Assembly: GCA_965112155.1 (NCBI GenBank)
Contig: OZ218098.1
Strand: one strand, 5' to 3'
From: Podarcis liolepis
Taxonomy: Eukaryota
DNA: 64,000 bases
Position numbers and translations under genes: made by a program. Positions 61,601 through 64,000 of this stretch are shown here, in pieces. Each line of letters begins with the position of its first letter. The stretch's first letter is position 1. The notes beneath the pieces are model-generated. The model saw nothing but the letters and a program-made list of their open reading frames with translations. It was not told the DNA's origin and did no database searches.

Positions 61601-64000
61601 CAGCAGGAAGCCCCATTAGCTAAAGTGGTACCTCAGGTTAAGAATGTTTTTAGGTTAAGAACGGACCTCCGGAATGAATTAAGTTTGTAACCAGAGGTAC
61701 CACTGTATATGCCTACACATTCTGTAAAGTACCATTTGAATTCTAGAACTACTATACATAGCTTCAATAAGAAGTCCCAAGTGGAACCTTTCACACCTGC
61801 AACTATAAGAAATCTTTGGCTGTTACCAAGTCAATTTCCTCTCTAATTGCCTTCTCTGGGGTAGGGCAGTGGGGTTGCTGAATCATGTAATATAAGAACA
61901 TAAAAAGAGCCCTTCTGGATCAGAGCAAAGCCTCATTTGGTTGAGTATCCTGTTCTCATAGTGACCAACTGTTGCCTGTTGGAAGCACACAGGCAAGACC
62001 TGAACTGCATCAATGTAAGTAGTTAACTCATGAACTGTAAGGACAAAAAAATACAGTGCACAAGATTGCTGCACTACAGACAGTGTACCACAAGGTGGCA
62101 CTATAGACACAAACAGTGTGCTCTGGCCACAGCTCATGCCAGAATAATAGGCAGAGTGCTAGAGAAGCATTGTTATGCTCTTGCACAGCTTCCATTAAAA
62201 TGAATTTTGTGCAGGAGAAAACCCCAGTGGATCATACCCAGTGCCATTTTGCATCTATGTGATCAAATACAAAATAGACTCTCTTGTCATATCCAACGTT
62301 TTGCTTTCATTCAGCGATTTGTGTAGGAGTATGTAAAACCTCTTGATTTATTCATAACTTTTCTAATAATGTAGAATGGAAAGGGTGCTCAAACTCAGAT
62401 AAGTGGAAATACAATTGGCAATAATGAAGCTGGCTGCTGCATAGTAAAGGTAAAGGTACCCCTGCCCGTACGGGCCAGTCGTGACCGACTCTAGGGTTGC
62501 GCGCTCATCTCGCTCAAGAGGCCGGGAGCCGGAGCCGTCCGAAGACACTTCCTGGTCACGTGGCAAGCGTGACGAAGCTGCAGCTGGCGAGCCAGCCCCA
62601 GCACCGCACATGGAAACGGCGTTTACCTTCCGGCTAGAAAGCGGTACCTATTTATCTACTTGCACTTAGGGGTGCTTTCGAACTGCTAGGTGGGCAGGAG
62701 CTGGGACCGAACGACGGGAGCTCACCCCGCTGCGGGGATTCGAACCGCCGACCTTACGATCAGCAAGTCCTAGGCACTGAGGTTTTACCCACAGCGCCAC
62801 CCGCATCCCCTTTTCTGCTCAGCAACAACTGGTTAGATGGGACAACTGAGGGTTAAGCATGGCCGCCAATGGATTTTATGCACAAGCAGGACACAAGGAA
62901 ACTTATAAAGCAGAGAAGAAAAATGTTTTTACACAGCTTTACGTTTGCTAGAAAATTTGGGTGGGGAGGGAAGGCAAAACCTTTTGCTAAGTGCTTACCA
63001 TTCTTCTTCAAGAAGTGCAGTGCATCCCTGTATCCTTGCTTGCACATGTCCCGCAGAACCTGCACACAATGATAAAGGAGAGTCAGTTATGATGATGAAA
63101 GCCTGTGTCTAAACATTCCAGTTGGAAGGGCAAGAGGGGCTTGTTTTCTGGTTACAACCATTGCTACCCCAACAGTGTTTTCTACTGCAGCAATAAAAGA
63201 GGGAGAAAGGGCAGAAAGCAAGAACGGACCAACAGCATTTGTTATGTTGCTAACTAAAGGAAGAGGCAGGAACACGGAGGAGACATGTTATGGTCTGGGC
63301 AATGGCTCTGAATGAACACCCATGGGGGAAGAAAGAAGGCCAACAAAGGAATGTCAGTCTACACCAACTGAATACAGCCCATAAGCATTTTCAAACAATT
63401 GAAGGTATTTTCAGGTCTCTTCATGTTATTCCAATGGGATTAAAAAAGGCATTCAGTGCATTCCAAAAGTTTTGAAGGCTTCTTGTCCCATCCCTTTAAA
63501 AAAACAAGTCAGATTAAATCATAGAATGAGCATTTGCCACTCCAAATTAGGCTACCTGTCTAAAGAATGGGAGTGGGAGTCCCAAGTTACATGAAGTGCA
63601 TTGGCCTTTCAGTGACTTTGTTGCCTGTTTCTAAAAGGAAACGTGCAGCTGTTCATGAAACACCATATGCCCGTCTCTCAGAAATGGGTGGCACAAACAC
63701 CACTGAAGCTTTATGGAGGGCAGGTTGGTTTCTATAGGTGTGTAAGCTCCATCCAACACCAGTGGGACTCACTTCCAAGTAAACATGCACAGTCTTGTGT
63801 TAGAAGCATAAGGGCTAAGACAGATGAAATGCTCTGATGAAGAATGACTACAATGATTTGTATTTAGAAAGTATATAAATTCAGGTTGCTTGAAATTCCT
63901 TCAAATGAAGAGCCATAAACAATGTTTACCATCTATGGAAGCTCAAGCGTCACTACAAAAATATAGACAATCATGCTGGGCTCTCACCTGAGGCTCTGGT
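55420..64000 (-). CDS. PNPLA2: Patatin-like phospholipase domain-containing 2 (ATGL), 3' part; runs off the window end
   Basis: Exons 63988->64000 (..PEPQ), 62999-63059, 60357-60539, 58373-58505, 57708-57830, 55420-55684; GT-AG with consistent phases; motifs [37 protein letters not shown]. Confidence 0.95.
57708..57830 (-). CDS. PNPLA2: PNPLA2 exon
   Basis: [40 protein letters not shown]; missed by the ORF track; cttcag| and AG|GTAGG. Confidence 0.95.
58373..58505 (-). CDS. PNPLA2: PNPLA2 exon (hydrophobic lipid-droplet-targeting region)
   Basis: [44 protein letters not shown]; ctccag| and AG|GTATGC. Confidence 0.95.
59543..59896 (+). mobile_element. Full-length Sauria SINE
   Basis: GGGACGCAGGTGGCGCTGTGG head, (TTTACC)n tail, 13-bp TSD TACATTAGCCATA (59530-59542/59897-59909). 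Confidence 0.93.
60357..60539 (-). CDS. PNPLA2: PNPLA2 exon (acidic linker)
   Basis: [14 protein letters not shown]...[13 protein letters not shown]...[13 protein letters not shown]; cctcag| and G|GTATGA. Confidence 0.93.
61478..61705. mobile_element. Tc1/mariner (Tigger-like) MITE
   Basis: AGTGGTACCTCGGGTTAC ... GTAACCAGAGGTACCACTG-TA; abuts a probable hAT-type element at ~61198-61476. Confidence 0.85.
62444..62810 (-). mobile_element. Full-length Sauria SINE
   Basis: Reverse copy: (GGTAAA)n tail at left, tRNA-like head with B-box GGTTCGAATCC on minus; CpG-rich, so young. Confidence 0.92.
62999..63059 (-). CDS. PNPLA2: PNPLA2 exon
   Basis: [20 protein letters not shown](G); gtgcag| and G|GTAAGC. 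Confidence 0.95.
63988..64000 (-). CDS. PNPLA2: PNPLA2 exon 3' end (truncated by window)
   Basis: CCA GAG CCT CAG|GTGAGA = PEPQ, matching the PPEP motif that precedes VLR in ATGL. Confidence 0.8.

Noticed and set aside
1-64000. CRISPR arrays, operons or prokaryotic defence systems
   Set aside because: The sequence is intron-rich vertebrate DNA; no regularly spaced repeat-spacer array is present.

Overview
This is vertebrate, not microbial, DNA. Sauria SINEs, a BovB 3' end, CR1/L2 tails and hAT/mariner MITEs point to a squamate, most likely a lacertid lizard. The genes lie on the minus strand in the order known from human 11p15.5. From right to left: the 3' half of PNPLA2/ATGL (55420->64000); a CpG-island promoter (~47250-48600); a 17-coding-exon CRACR2B/EFCAB4A gene (8778-33876); and a second CpG island (~880-1760), assigned to CD151 by synteny only. 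I assembled the CRACR2B exons by hand (all GT-AG, phases consistent). They give a 696-aa protein with EF-hands, a coiled coil, a linker and a complete C-terminal Rab GTPase domain (G1-G5 intact, ending KRKGCCL), i.e. a Rab46/CRACR2A-L-type 'large Rab'. Human CRACR2B is described as lacking that domain. Read-through of the coding exon 9 donor instead gives a 405-aa form ending in a basic/poly-Cys tail that resembles, from memory, the human C-terminus. One splice site may therefore switch between two proteins with different lipid anchors. Other notable elements are a U2 snRNA head joined to a CR1-type tail, a young solo LTR, and a hAT element carrying a ~260-nt hairpin. Most ORFs in the supplied track are spurious. 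Statements about other species are from recall and need database checks.
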